A DNA stretch of 59,747 bases from Paludibacter sp. UBA5753 (GCA_002427615.1 DIFH01000149.1:7836-67582), one strand, 5' to 3'. Positions 1-11,017 are shown, numbered from the stretch's first letter. Numbers and translations are program-made. The notes: generated by a model not told the origin, from the letters alone.

Positions 1-74
1 CTAATTATTATCAAATTTATTAGGGTGCTGAATAGTTACAAATTGGTACATATTGCGGATAATCATTTATTTAA

Positions 75-1256
75 TCATCTTTCAGCCAACTCGAGCGCTG
101 CCATGATAAAGGGTCCAATCACCTTGGGGTCATCGTTGCGAACAGGTTCGCTGATATAGTACCGGAAAGAACCATCGCGGTAAGGGTTTCCTCCAAGACC
201 CGCAACACTGCAAGCGCGAGTGATAGAAATTGTACCATCGGCATTTTCCTGCGTACTGTACTTCACCATGCCTGCAAAGGCTTTTTCGGCTTTTTTCAAA
301 AACTTGTCCGGTAAATATCCCTTATGCACGCCTTTAGCCATTGCATACGAAAACATGGCTGTTCCGGTCGATTCAAGGTAGTTTCCCTGTCGCTTGGGCA
401 AGTTTGTTACCTGATACCACATTCCGGTTTTTCTATCCTGATATTTTATCAAAGAAACAGACAACCTGTTTAAAATACGAATCAACTCAGGACGATCTTT
501 ATGAGTAACAGGTAAATAATCAAGCACATCAACTATTGCCATCATGTACCAGCCTATGCTTCTGCTCCAGAAATTAGGCGATTGCCCTGTAATAGGATTT
601 GCCCACTTTTGTGTACGGCTTTCGTCCCATCCATGATAATTTAATCCTGTTTTCGGGTCTAAGGTATGTTTGTCGGTTACTATAAACTGCTTTACAACAT
701 CGTCAAAAATTTGCGGTTGGTCAAAAAAAGCGCCAAACCTGGCATAAAACGGTGAACCCATGTATAATCCATCCAACCAAACCTGGTGAGGATATATTTT
801 TTTGTGCCAGAAAGCGCCTTCCGAAACACGAGGTTGAGTCAATAATTGCTCACGTAATAATTTGATTGCCTCTAAGTATTTTTGATCCTTGGTATGGTTA
901 TACATTTCGAACAAAAAATTACCTCCATTGAGCCTGTCGATATTATAATCGCTCACTTTGTAAGTGAGTATCTCACCATTTTCATTGATAAAAAAATCGG
1001 CAAAGGCTTTTACATAATCGTAATAGCGTTTATCGTTTGTTTTGTCGTAGACTTGCATCATGGCTTTGGCAACCAGACCCTGCGTATAATCCCATTTGGG
1101 GGTTTTCACAAAATCAGCCATCCAAAGTTCCGGATTATGTTTCATTTCCGAATCTGCAATTTTTACCGCCCAGGCAGTATAATCAATTTTTTGTTTTGCC
1201 TGGATATTATTCATAACAAGCATTATAAACAAGAACAATGAAACTGTTTTTTTCAT
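75..1256 (-). CDS. Glycoside hydrolase family 105 (unsaturated rhamnogalacturonyl hydrolase-like), signal peptide
   Basis: Motifs WDYTQG, YNIDRLN, FWHKKIYPHQVWLDGLYM, HGWDES, FWSRSIGW, YLESTGTAMF typical of GH105/YteR. Confidence 0.9.
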   Translation of the reverse strand: MKKTVSLFLFIMLVMNNIQAKQKIDYTAWAVKIADSEMKHNPELWMADFVKTPKWDYTQGLVAKAMMQVYDKTNDKRYYDYVKAFADFFINENGEILTYKVSDYNIDRLNGGNFLFEMYNHTKDQKYLEAIKLLREQLLTQPRVSEGAFWHKKIYPHQVWLDGLYMGSPFYARFGAFFDQPQIFDDVVKQFIVTDKHTLDPKTGLNYHGWDESRTQKWANPITGQSPNFWSRSIGWYMMAIVDVLDYLPVTHKDRPELIRILNRLSVSLIKYQDRKTGMWYQVTNLPKRQGNYLESTGTAMFSYAMAKGVHKGYLPDKFLKKAEKAFAGMVKYSTQENADGTISITRACSVAGLGGNPYRDGSFRYYISEPVRNDDPKVIGPFIMAALELAER

Positions 1257-1589
1257 AACAAATCGGATTTTATTTATATATTGAAATACAAAGGTCGTAT
1301 ATTTTTTTTAAATCGGATGGGTATAAATTGTTTTAAAAAGTAAAAAATTGATAATGGAATAAAAAATTAATCGGATATATTTAACATATAATCCAATATT
1401 CTAATGCCTCTACAATAATTATTACACAATTGAAAGTTAAGTGAGCAATTTTATGAGAATTTGAATATTTTGTGGTATAAAAAGCAAAAAGACACAAGAA
1501 TTTAATACAGAAGAATATCCTGTTTCATCAAAAAAAACATTACTTTTGCGTTTGGATTCTAAAAAGATAAAACATTCTCTTAACAAATA

Positions 1590-2657
1590 ATGAAGCAAAT
1601 CATTGCCCCGATTGACCGAAAATTAATAAAGCAAGAGCTTACAAAAGAAAGGTTTTTACGGCCAACTAACAAAGCACACAATGAGATTTACATCGTAAAT
1701 GCTCACAATTCACCCAATACAATGCTTGAAATTGGCCGGTTACGTGAATTAGCCTTTCGTTCGGGCGGTGGCGGTACCGGTGAGGAAATTGATACCGACA
1801 TGTACGATTACATGGAGAAACCATATCAACAACTTATCGTGTGGGATCCTCAGGAAGAAGAAATTATTGGCGGTTACAGATATTTACCCGGTTACGATGT
1901 AAAGTTGGATGAAACAGGTCAACCCAAATTTGTAATGTCGCATTTATTCCGATTCAGCAAAAAATTCATTTCCGATTTTATGCCTTATACCATTGAATTG
2001 GGTCGCGCATTTGTACAACCCGACTACCAGACTTCAAAAATGGGTACCAAAAGTCTGTTTGCTTTGGATAATTTATGGGATGGGCTTGGCGCATTAATAC
2101 ATTCAATCAAAAACGCCCGGTATTTTATCGGCAAGGTTACTATTTACAATAACTATCCCCAGACAGCCCGTGAACTGATTTATGAGTATATGTTCCGTTA
2201 TTTCCCCGATCGTGATAAATTAATTGTACCCAAAAACCCTATTGAAGTCAGTAAAAACAGTAAGATGCTTGCTCAGGAAATTTTTGGAACTAAAGATTCG
2301 GCTGATGATTTTAAGGCGCTTCAAAAGGCTATAAGAAAGGAAGGCGAAACTATTCCGCCCATGTTCAATGCCTATATCGGGTTAACCGGAACAATGCGCA
2401 TGTTTGGCAGCATTATCGATCATGATTTCGGTTCGGTGTACGAAACCGGTATCATGGTTACTATGGCTGACCTGCTCGAGACAAAACGAAAAAGATACGT
2501 CGATCCCTATATCGAATACCTGAAAATCGTTCTTGAAGAACATAAAAAAAACAAGAAGCTTGCAAAAGAAGCCAAACTACTCGAAAAGCAACAGAAAAAG
2601 GATGAAAAAACAAAACGCCAAAACGCCAAAAATGAAAGGAAACGAAACGAAATATAG
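1590..2657 (+). CDS. GNAT-type N-acyltransferase (Acetyltransf_5, 'hemolysin'/OlsB-GlsB-like amino-lipid synthase)
   Basis: EIGRLRELAFR..GGGTG, D.YD, QLIVWD..EEIIGGYR, IELGRAFVQPDYQ, IPPMFNAY motifs. Confidence 0.8.
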   Translation: MKQIIAPIDRKLIKQELTKERFLRPTNKAHNEIYIVNAHNSPNTMLEIGRLRELAFRSGGGGTGEEIDTDMYDYMEKPYQQLIVWDPQEEEIIGGYRYLPGYDVKLDETGQPKFVMSHLFRFSKKFISDFMPYTIELGRAFVQPDYQTSKMGTKSLFALDNLWDGLGALIHSIKNARYFIGKVTIYNNYPQTARELIYEYMFRYFPDRDKLIVPKNPIEVSKNSKMLAQEIFGTKDSADDFKALQKAIRKEGETIPPMFNAYIGLTGTMRMFGSIIDHDFGSVYETGIMVTMADLLETKRKRYVDPYIEYLKIVLEEHKKNKKLAKEAKLLEKQQKKDEKTKRQNAKNERKRNEI

Positions 2658-2663
2658 TGCAAT

Positions 2664-2695
2664 AAAAAAACGTGGCTAATGCCACGTTTTTTTTT
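2664..2695. terminator. Bidirectional intrinsic terminator between convergent genes
   Basis: A7-CGTGGC-TAAT-GCCACG-T9. Confidence 0.85.
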
Positions 2696-2698
2696 GCA

Positions 2699-3412
2699 CT
2701 ATTCAATCATATTATGAAAGACATTCTGAACATCTTCATCTTCTTCTATTTTCTCAATTAACTTCAGGACCTGAGCTTTTTGTTCTTCGTTCAGTTCTTT
2801 CATATCATTCGGAATACGTTCAAATTCCGCGCTGAAAATTTCAAAATCATTTTCTTCGAGGTATTTCTGTATCGATGAATAAGACTGGAACTCACCATAC
2901 AAAATAATTGTACCCTCATCCTCTACCAATTCATCCACTCCGAAATCGATTAATTCCAATTCCATATCTTCGATCGAAACATCGGCTTTGGGAGCAACTT
3001 TAAAGACACATTTATGATCGAAAAGGAACTGAAGCGAACCGGTTGTGCCCAAAGAACCATTATAACGATTAAAATAGCTACGAATATTCGCCACAGTGCG
3101 GGTCGGATTATCTGTTGCCGTTTCGACCACTATGGCTATCCCGTTCGGACCATAACCTTCGTAAACCATTTCCTTGTAATCCGCCTCATCTTTCGAAGTG
3201 GCTTTCTTTATGGCGCGTTCAACATTTTCTTTAGGCATGTTCTCCTTTTTCGATTGTTGAATCAACACCCTTAAACGCGGGTTTGTATCAGGATCGGGAC
3301 CACCTTCACGTGCAGCAATAGTAATTTGTTTGCCTAATTTTGTGAAAACACGAGCCATATTGCCCCAACGTTTTAACTTTGTCGCTTTTCTATACTCAAA
3401 CGCTCTTCCCAT
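2699..3412 (-). CDS. yebC: YebC/PmpR family protein
   Basis: MGRAFEYRK start, GGPDPDTNPRLR, YEGYGPNG, TDNPTRT, EDEDVQNVFHN. Confidence 0.95.
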   Translation of the reverse strand: MGRAFEYRKATKLKRWGNMARVFTKLGKQITIAAREGGPDPDTNPRLRVLIQQSKKENMPKENVERAIKKATSKDEADYKEMVYEGYGPNGIAIVVETATDNPTRTVANIRSYFNRYNGSLGTTGSLQFLFDHKCVFKVAPKADVSIEDMELELIDFGVDELVEDEGTIILYGEFQSYSSIQKYLEENDFEIFSAEFERIPNDMKELNEEQKAQVLKLIEKIEEDEDVQNVFHNMIE

Positions 3413-3546
3413 GATTATATAAATTTCTGTTTAATAATTAACAAACATATTTGTTAAAAATATATGTTGTTATGTCTGATTTCGTTTCGGTGCGCAAAAG
3501 TATTAAAATACAAGCAAAAAACCATCATTTTTCGATATTATTTTAC

Positions 3547-3585
3547 AATAAAAAGGGAGTTGATTGCTCAACTCCCTTTATTATT
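3547..3585 (-). terminator. Intrinsic terminator downstream of the OmpA-domain gene
   Basis: AAAGGGAGTTGA-TTGC-TCAACTCCCTTT hairpin with A/T flanks. Confidence 0.75.
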
Positions 3586-3598
3586 GACAAGAAACCTT

Positions 3599-6115
3599 CT
3601 ATTCATATTTTGTTTCTTCAAACGTTACAACAAACTCAACGCGACGATTTTTAGCTCTTCCCTGAGCTGTTTTGTTACTTGCAACCGGTTTGGTATCGCC
3701 GAAGCCTTTGGCAGTAATGCGTTTTTCGTCTACCCCTTTCAATATCAAATAATTTCGAACTGAATATGCACGTTTTTCCGACAATCGCTGGTTCATCTCC
3801 GCCTTCCCGACATTATCGGTATGACCTTGCACTTCAATTAAATAAGTTGGATTTGCAATTAAAGTTTGTGCAATTTGATCCAAAATGGTAAATGAAGTTT
3901 TCTTGATTACATCCTTGCCGGATTCAAACTGAATCCCCTGCAAAGCTTTTTGGAATAAGATTCTGATTTCTTTTTGTAACTCAGGACAGCCATGATTTGA
4001 GGCGACTCCGGCAATTTTAGGACAATAGTCTAAATAGTCGAATACTCCATCGCCATCCGTATCGCGCGGACAACCGTTCTCGTCAACCATCCCGAGCGCT
4101 TCAACCGGTGTGTTTGCACATTTATCCATGTAATCAGCTACTCCATCGTTATCGGTATCCAACGGACATCCGTTTTTATCAACAAACGCACGGTATTCGG
4201 CAGGCGTATTGTTGCACAAGTCAAGATAATCTACAACGCCATCACCGTCAGTATCGAGCGGACATCCATTGGCATCCACCATTCCTTTTGCTGCAGCAGG
4301 CGTATCGGCGCATAAATCAAGATAATCAGCCACGCCATCGCCATCGGTATCTACGGGACATCCATTGGCATCAACAATTACACTTTCGGGAGTTGACGGA
4401 CATTTATCGGCATAATCGAAAACGCCATCCTTGTCATTATCTACCGGGCATCCTTTTTCATCCACAAAACCTTTTGCAACTGCCGGAGAATCAGCACACT
4501 GATCCAGATAATCGGCTATGCCATCCTGATCTGAATCGAGCGGACAACCATTGGCATCAACTTTTCCAATTGATTCGGCAGGTGTATCAGGACATTTATC
4601 CAAATAATCGGGCACGCCATCAGCGTCCGAATCAATCGGACAACCTTTTTTATCTACTTTTACTCCTATTGGCGTATCAGGACATAAGTCTTTTCGGTCC
4701 GACACTCTATCCTTGTCCGAATCTTTTCCCTTTCCCAAACCTATACTTCCACCAAAAGCAATATTTAAATTGGCATCTTCGATAGGAATGTACTGTTTGT
4801 TAACTTTAGGAACAAGATAATCGGCTGCGATAAACAAATTAATCCAGCTTGGCGACAGGTTTAATCCTACACCATATCGGTTGAAGTTCTCGTTCGTAAC
4901 CTCAGCAGTTCCCGATAATGTGAACCAGGACAGCGGCTTTAATGTAATCGAAGCTACTACATCATTTCTGACTTGTGAAGTATATTTCGAGTTGCGATAA
5001 AGTACGCCTACCAAAATATCATGATTTTCGTTATTGAAAATACTGTATTCGGCCGAAACATTTATATTGTATGGTATCTTATCGACGAAATCATCAACAG
5101 TTGTCGTTTCTCTGAACTTGATAAGTTTCTTTGCATCTTCCTCTAATTGATCCAACTGATCCGAAATACTATCGCTGTTTACTTCACTGAAACCGGCGAA
5201 TGTAAAGTTACTGGCTGCAGTTCCTGACTGTGTAGAACTGGCGTTCCATTTTATGTAACCCAAATCATTTACTCCAGCGGCTAAAGTTAATTTTGAAATC
5301 GGCTTATACGTTACGCCCAAATCGGCTGCCAGTCCAAAACCGGCGGGTTTAAAAGTCGAAGCAGAAATAGTTGGCTGAGTGAAATCATAATAATTATCGG
5401 CATCTTTTTCAAAGGTCAGTAGGTTCGACATAACCTGCGATTGACCGGTTGCCTGAACTTTAAATTCATCCTGATCCAGGTTAACATCGAATTGACTATA
5501 ATTTATTCTTTCCGAAGATAAACCAAATAACAGCTTTGCATTCAACCCAACCCTGATTTTAGAATTGATATCCCTTGAATATCCTAACGAAGCCTGCGCA
5601 TAATTTGTTTGTTCAACTTCCAGTCCTTTCAGATCAAAATAGTTTACCGAACCCGTCATGCCTATTTTTATAAGTCTGAAAAGATCTTTGGGTAGATTCA
5701 TATTAAGTTTTTCTCTTAAAGCAAGATCAAATGACCAGAAACTGCTTTTTGACTTATAAAAACCTAACGAAAATAAACTTAAATTTAATCCCTGATTGAT
5801 ATAAGTGGTTGGATCCAACTTGTTTAAAAATGTATTGGCATCTACATTTTTATTTAAAAACAATATGGGTTTGGTATTGTTAATATCAGTTGATTCATAA
5901 AGAAATGTAGATAGGCCTGAATTAGAATTTATACTTATTTCAACTCCACCTAATACTGGCAATGTAAAATAACCGTATTCCGGTGCAAACGCAGCATTCA
6001 AGGTATGGCGCTGACTCCATTCATTGAGGAAATAGAGTGAACGTACGTTCTCCTGAGCATATATATTAATCAGCGAAACTAATAGTATAGTTACCGAGAA
6101 AATTACTCTTTTCAT
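3599..6115 (-). CDS. Outer membrane protein: DUF5723-like beta-barrel, thrombospondin type-3 Ca-binding repeats and C-terminal OmpA peptidoglycan-binding domain
   Basis: About 8 repeats of DxDxDGVxDYxDxCxxTP...VDxxGCP; C-terminal IQFESGK...GHTDNVG...NQRLSEKRA...NRRVEF. Confidence 0.85.
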   Translation of the reverse strand: MKRVIFSVTILLVSLINIYAQENVRSLYFLNEWSQRHTLNAAFAPEYGYFTLPVLGGVEISINSNSGLSTFLYESTDINNTKPILFLNKNVDANTFLNKLDPTTYINQGLNLSLFSLGFYKSKSSFWSFDLALREKLNMNLPKDLFRLIKIGMTGSVNYFDLKGLEVEQTNYAQASLGYSRDINSKIRVGLNAKLLFGLSSERINYSQFDVNLDQDEFKVQATGQSQVMSNLLTFEKDADNYYDFTQPTISASTFKPAGFGLAADLGVTYKPISKLTLAAGVNDLGYIKWNASSTQSGTAASNFTFAGFSEVNSDSISDQLDQLEEDAKKLIKFRETTTVDDFVDKIPYNINVSAEYSIFNNENHDILVGVLYRNSKYTSQVRNDVVASITLKPLSWFTLSGTAEVTNENFNRYGVGLNLSPSWINLFIAADYLVPKVNKQYIPIEDANLNIAFGGSIGLGKGKDSDKDRVSDRKDLCPDTPIGVKVDKKGCPIDSDADGVPDYLDKCPDTPAESIGKVDANGCPLDSDQDGIADYLDQCADSPAVAKGFVDEKGCPVDNDKDGVFDYADKCPSTPESVIVDANGCPVDTDGDGVADYLDLCADTPAAAKGMVDANGCPLDTDGDGVVDYLDLCNNTPAEYRAFVDKNGCPLDTDNDGVADYMDKCANTPVEALGMVDENGCPRDTDGDGVFDYLDYCPKIAGVASNHGCPELQKEIRILFQKALQGIQFESGKDVIKKTSFTILDQIAQTLIANPTYLIEVQGHTDNVGKAEMNQRLSEKRAYSVRNYLILKGVDEKRITAKGFGDTKPVASNKTAQGRAKNRRVEFVVTFEETKYE

Positions 6116-6164
6116 AAATCTTTAAATTTATATAGTTCGTATTTTAATGTATAATATTTTAGTT

Positions 6165-9065
6165 TTATTTTCCCGGATCAACAGTGATTCCACCCGGAAT
6201 TTTAACCCTTAATTCAATTTCAACCGTTTGATCCGATTTTAAAGGTATTCCGGCAACTGTACTGTTTTTGCTGGCATTGACTGTAAAATCAAAAGCGTTT
6301 AACCTGTCAAGCGCACCTGTTTCAGTTTCTTTGATTCCCAAAGTGATAATACTGGTTTGAGCGCTTCCATCAATATTACAAGACTTTATAATTTGGTCTT
6401 CGGTATTTAAAGCGATGCCCGAAATAACATTATTTGATTCATCCAGCGGAAACATTGTTAGCGTTAAATCCATGGGTATTTCATTTTTAACTATTGCAAC
6501 TATATTAATTTCGTTTACATATTCAACGTAATCCTCTAAATCTTTTTTTAAATCAGAAATTGTATCACGATATTGTATTCTGAACTCTTCGCCAAAATCC
6601 AAGGGTACATTTACGGAATATTTCACATTTAATGCATTTTTAGCTGAATATAAATCTACTTTATGCCTTGTTCCGGTAATTACAGCCGTTGCCTTAATTT
6701 CTATTTCATCCGGAATGGTTTTAAGCAAATTAGATAATTCGGGTATAATAACCGGCGTAAATCCTGCTGTAACACCTTCATTTGTTTTAGCCAGCCAAAA
6801 TTTACTCCAGGTGTAAGCGCCTAAATTCGTAGCCGCAGCAACCGATATGGTGGTTGATATTGAGGCGTTCGGAATAGCGACTCCTTTACGCTTTGGAATT
6901 AAGTTCAAATTCAAGCTTATAGGAATTCCCATTGTATTACCGATTTCGAGCGTAATAACAGGGTTTTGTATATCCAGGTTATTGTCGCCGTTTTTCAACA
7001 TCTCAGGCATATCTAATTCGATGCTTTCGCTTATCGGATCTATGGCAGTGGAAACCTGTCCTTCAATTACGGAAATCGGCATTGATCCGATTGTAATTTT
7101 AGGGTTAATAGTAACCGTAGAAAGTTCGTTGGAATTTATTGATGAACTTTTAATATAAGCTCCTCCTTTCAGATTCACAGTTTCATTCAACACAAAATAT
7201 CCGTTTGTTAACGCAATTCCATTCGAACCGAAATCAAACGATTCTAAAGTAAGTATCTTTGTAAATCCCTCACTAACTTCAAATCCACGGTTTAAAATCA
7301 CTTCGTTATTCATATTTACATCGCCCGTTTTAAACTTCATGGCAGCAGGCAATTTTATAGTATAGTTCTGGAAGAATATCGAATCGATAGAAGATGGCAG
7401 GTTCTTTACATCAATCTTCAGCGTAATTTGCACAGGAGTTTTTAAACCAATGGTATATATTTTTTCTACATCGGTCGAAACTAATTCATTTATATTAATA
7501 TCAGCGTCCTGACTTGGAATGTCGATTTGAATTCTATTGGTGGTTATGTTTGCATCGCTGACAGTTAAATCACTTGTCGAAGCACGAACATTCAGGTTTT
7601 TTGTTCCTAAAGATTGGGTTGTACTTAGTTTAGTAGTCGAACCTCCAACCGTTAAGTTATTCATGCTGTAATTGATAGCATCGTTGATTGTGATTGACTG
7701 ATCTACAACTTTTTTATTGAGTTTGACGCCCGCGATTCCGATATTTTTTGTTTGAAATAGTTCGGAATAAGGAATTGTAAGCACATTGGTGGTTGTATTT
7801 AAACCGGCAAATGGTTTGAACATAAACACATTCGGTAAATTAACGGTGCAGGTTCCATCGGTAAAACTAAAAGGCGAGATTCCCGGATCATCTATTTTTA
7901 ATTGTAAGGCGGCTCCGTCTTCAAAATTTAAAGAACTGATTTCATCTACCTCTAAAGGCAAATTATTTACCACTTCATTAATAGCGCTATTTCCGGTGGA
8001 AGGACTTAAAACGATTGGATTTGTAACCATATCCAAATCATCCAAAAGCGGTGTTGCCGATATATTCAATTGAATGCCAACTGTTTTCCCTACAACACTT
8101 GAATTTTCATCCGCCTGTCCAATTAAATTATATTTTACACTGTAGGGTACGGTGGCATTGTAGTTTAGACTTCCGTTTTGTGGTACGTTTGACATATCAA
8201 GGCTCTCAACCACAAAAGAGTAAGTGAAAATATCTGAAGATCCTTCCAGTGGCGAATCTTCAATAATAAATGAACTTCCCTCAATGCTGGTACCGGTACC
8301 AACATTATTTGTCAGTTTAAAAGTAGATGGATAATCAATCCTGAAACTTTTAATGGTATCTTTATGAGAAGTAAAACCCACCGCATTAATTTCCGATTTA
8401 TCAAAAGTTACTGTTACTTTACTGCTTTTAAAATAGATTTTATTTATTTTCTTTAAAACATTATCGAAAGTAAAATTAATATCCTGGCTCACAGAACTAT
8501 TCCATTCAGCTTCATAGGGTCCAAAAGTGATTTCGGCAGATTTTGATCTCATCGACGAATTGGATATGTTCAAGCCTTTAATACCTGCAGGCGCCGTAAT
8601 AACTATACTTATATTCTTTGAGGAATTTACGCCCGGCAAATCCAGATTATCGGTATTGGCTACCGGAACATTAATTGTCGAATTTAAATTAACAGGATCA
8701 AATTGAATCACGGGAAATATTATATCCGCAACGTTGGTGTTTATTCCAGGGATTGTGATGGGCGATACTGAAACATTAACCGGATTGATTGCGCTTATTT
8801 CAACATCAATTGAATCGTTTACCCGAAGTGAATAAGTTCCGTTCTCTGATTTTTTTATAATATCAACACCCAAACTGTCAATCATATCGCCCAAAATAAT
8901 TGGTTTGGTTTTACCTATAGGAACCGATAAGGAATCGCCACCTATTGTCATTTCAGTATTTACCCCATCTGATGTATCATATTCATCCGACACGCAATTT
9001 GTCAGAAATAATGCGAATGATAAGAGTAGAATTTGAAAAATTCTCGTTTTTATGAGTTCATTCAT
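6165..9065 (-). CDS. Large beta-rich surface lipoprotein (DUF4621-like), probable partner of the downstream barrel protein
   Basis: Lipobox LTNC after a hydrophobic stretch; 966 aa; co-oriented with the DUF5723/OmpA gene. Confidence 0.65.
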   Translation of the reverse strand: MNELIKTRIFQILLLSFALFLTNCVSDEYDTSDGVNTEMTIGGDSLSVPIGKTKPIILGDMIDSLGVDIIKKSENGTYSLRVNDSIDVEISAINPVNVSVSPITIPGINTNVADIIFPVIQFDPVNLNSTINVPVANTDNLDLPGVNSSKNISIVITAPAGIKGLNISNSSMRSKSAEITFGPYEAEWNSSVSQDINFTFDNVLKKINKIYFKSSKVTVTFDKSEINAVGFTSHKDTIKSFRIDYPSTFKLTNNVGTGTSIEGSSFIIEDSPLEGSSDIFTYSFVVESLDMSNVPQNGSLNYNATVPYSVKYNLIGQADENSSVVGKTVGIQLNISATPLLDDLDMVTNPIVLSPSTGNSAINEVVNNLPLEVDEISSLNFEDGAALQLKIDDPGISPFSFTDGTCTVNLPNVFMFKPFAGLNTTTNVLTIPYSELFQTKNIGIAGVKLNKKVVDQSITINDAINYSMNNLTVGGSTTKLSTTQSLGTKNLNVRASTSDLTVSDANITTNRIQIDIPSQDADININELVSTDVEKIYTIGLKTPVQITLKIDVKNLPSSIDSIFFQNYTIKLPAAMKFKTGDVNMNNEVILNRGFEVSEGFTKILTLESFDFGSNGIALTNGYFVLNETVNLKGGAYIKSSSINSNELSTVTINPKITIGSMPISVIEGQVSTAIDPISESIELDMPEMLKNGDNNLDIQNPVITLEIGNTMGIPISLNLNLIPKRKGVAIPNASISTTISVAAATNLGAYTWSKFWLAKTNEGVTAGFTPVIIPELSNLLKTIPDEIEIKATAVITGTRHKVDLYSAKNALNVKYSVNVPLDFGEEFRIQYRDTISDLKKDLEDYVEYVNEINIVAIVKNEIPMDLTLTMFPLDESNNVISGIALNTEDQIIKSCNIDGSAQTSIITLGIKETETGALDRLNAFDFTVNASKNSTVAGIPLKSDQTVEIELRVKIPGGITVDPGK

Positions 9066-9519
9066 AACAATAAATTTTAATAGATTAAACTAATATTATA
9101 AAAAATAAAAAAATAAATCAATTGCGTTAATTATAATTTTTGATTAATAATTATATAATGCAACATGACAGATATTTGTTCATTTCAATGTATGAAAAAT
9201 ATATGAAATTAGCGCCAATCACAAATCAATTTTATACAATTATTTAATTAAAGTCTTTGAAAATCAATTAAAGAACGTAAATTGTATTTTAAGTATAATT
9301 AACATTGATCGGTTATGAAAATTCATAAACAAGTCGGAGTCCATTGGTTTTCAGCAACGTACAGACGCTCATCTAACTACATAGTGTTTGCAAGAAAACG
9401 TACATTTATAAGTTGTACTCGCAGCAAAAAACTACTCATCCGACTTGGCGGGACTTCGTGTTTTCGCAGCTTCGTGTGCCTTGACCTTGACGTTTTCTAA
9501 TCAAACACCGAGTTTTCTT

Positions 9520-10127
9520 TCTGACACTATCTATGCAAATCCGGATGATCTTGCCAAAGTTTTTGATATACTTTGAAGTTGTATGCTGACAACAGTTGCA
9601 AACCGTCTTCAGGTAGAATTCGTAACTCGTTATAAATGCATGATCGATCTTACTGATATCTATATCAGAAATCTTGTATTTCCATTTTAAAAAGTTGGCA
9701 GTGTGCTTTAAAGAGGTTTCGTAACGGACATGAGTTGCCGGTGCATACTCTTTTCAATTAAGGCTTTGATTTCATTATTATGCTGTTGAAAAATTCCAAC
9801 AAGCATGTGGCTTCGCTTTTCAATTCCCAAAATTTTGTTTCGCATGTTTTCTACATTTACCGGTTCATCTTCCCAAATTAGTTGCTGCTGGTAATCATAA
9901 ACTTTAGCTTTTAGAGTATCCAAATAAGAATTGATAGCTCTTGTCTCTGCACTAGTCCCTTTCATACAGCTGCCTTCTATGTACCATTTTTCAGGAACTG
10001 TAAAACGTTTGGTGCTCAATTCGATTCTTTCACCATCAACAATAACTCTGATGTAAATAGAAACTAAACCATCGGTTGTTGTTTTTGCTCTCTTTGCGTA
10101 AAAGAGAATGGAAAGTTTTGCATTCAT
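9520..10127 (-). pseudogene. Frameshifted and truncated Bacteroidetes tyrosine integrase (arm-binding and SAM-like domains only)
   Basis: N-terminus SILFYAKRAK...IYIRVIVDGERIELST; after a frameshift near 9755 another frame continues EYAPATHVRYETSLKH...FITSYEFYLKTVCNCCQHTTSKYIKNFGKIIRIC; catalytic domain absent. Confidence 0.85.
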
Positions 10128-10368
10128 TGTGGTAACCTTTAGAATTGTTCAAAAATACTTGTTCTTTGTTTAGTACACAAGATGTTCAATCTTTGAACTG
10201 CTTGATTACAAGTGAGTTTGATGCAAATTCGGTTACCCGGGGCTCTTTAGATTCTTTGGGTACCCGAATTGGACACCTAAAGATTGATATTTTTTGAATA
10301 TTTTGGATATATTCAAAAACGAAAAAGCCCGTAAATCATTGATTTTAAGGGCTTTTACTGATTTTTGA

Positions 10369-10386
10369 TTTGCGGAGAGAGAGGGA
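10369..10386 (+). repeat. att core, left copy (duplicated tRNA-Ser 3' end)
   Basis: TTTGCGGAGAGAGAGGGA identical to 49532-49549; extends to 22 bp with one mismatch. Confidence 0.95.
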
Positions 10387-10463
10387 CTCATTTTGCAATA
10401 TGTAAAGTATTTAAAACGTTGTGTTTTAATACAAAAGAAAGCACTATTTTAGAACTAATTACT

Positions 10464-10489
10464 AAGTACTGCCGCAATACTGCCGCAGT
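10464..10489 (+). promoter_or_regulatory. Putative integrase arm-type binding sites (tandem CTGCCGCA)
   Basis: AAGTACTGCCGCAATACTGCCGCAGT matches 49454-49479 at 24/26. Confidence 0.7.
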
Positions 10490-10497
10490 TATTTTCT

Positions 10498-10920
10498 CTA
10501 TTTTTTCTTCAATTCCACCAGTGAGGAAGCCACCATAGAATTTCTACGGGAAAATTCAACTTCATTTTTTAAATTCTCGACTTGTTTTTCCAAATCTTGT
10601 TTTTGTTTTTCTAAATTATAATATAGTTTTTCTTGCTTCCTTATCAACTCCTCCTGAGTCGAAATTAATTTTCTATAAATGTCAATATCATTTCCTGTTT
10701 TAATCTCTTCTTTTGATGCGTTATGCCTCGAATCTGCAATTAGTTCAGATATGCTAACATTAAATAATTCAGCTAGTTTATCTAACGTTTTAAGGCTCAT
10801 ATTTTGATTTTCTATTGACTTTCTCAGCCCCATATCAGTAATTCCGGCATATTCATAAACATCCTTAATCTTTAGTTTTTTAGCCTCAGCCAACTTTCTG
10901 ATATTCGCAATATTATACAT
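10498..10920 (-). CDS. CI-like XRE HTH repressor with C-terminal coiled coil
   Basis: NIRKLAEAKKLKIKDVYEYAGIT...TLDKLAELFNVSISEL; divergent from a small Cro-like gene; start taken at MYNIANI. Confidence 0.8.
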   Translation of the reverse strand: MYNIANIRKLAEAKKLKIKDVYEYAGITDMGLRKSIENQNMSLKTLDKLAELFNVSISELIADSRHNASKEEIKTGNDIDIYRKLISTQEELIRKQEKLYYNLEKQKQDLEKQVENLKNEVEFSRRNSMVASSLVELKKK

Positions 10921-10943
10921 TTTCCTATAATTTATTTGAAAAA

Positions 10944-10989
10944 AAACCATAATATAGTTTGTATAAATGAAAACTATATATTAGTTTTG
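10944..10989 (+). promoter_or_regulatory. Lysis/lysogeny switch: rightward Bacteroidetes promoter overlapped by two operator-like palindromes
   Basis: TTTG(10958-61)-N20-TAGTTTTG(10982-89); palindromes AAAACTA-TATAT-TAGTTTT (10970-88) and AAACCA-TAATA-TAGTTT (10944-60). Confidence 0.65.
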
Positions 10990-11017
10990 TCATACCAAAT
11001 TAGTAATAAAAAACTAA

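Noticed and set aside
4000-4720. Nucleotide repeat array or the + strand 225-aa ORF at 4108-4785
   Set aside because: Explained by thrombospondin type-3 protein repeats of the minus-strand OmpA gene; the + ORF is an antisense shadow.
9315-9500. 61-aa ORF or structured element at the far end of the integrase remnant
   Set aside because: No protein motif. It is GC-richer and may be a mobile-element scar, but I cannot support a specific identity.
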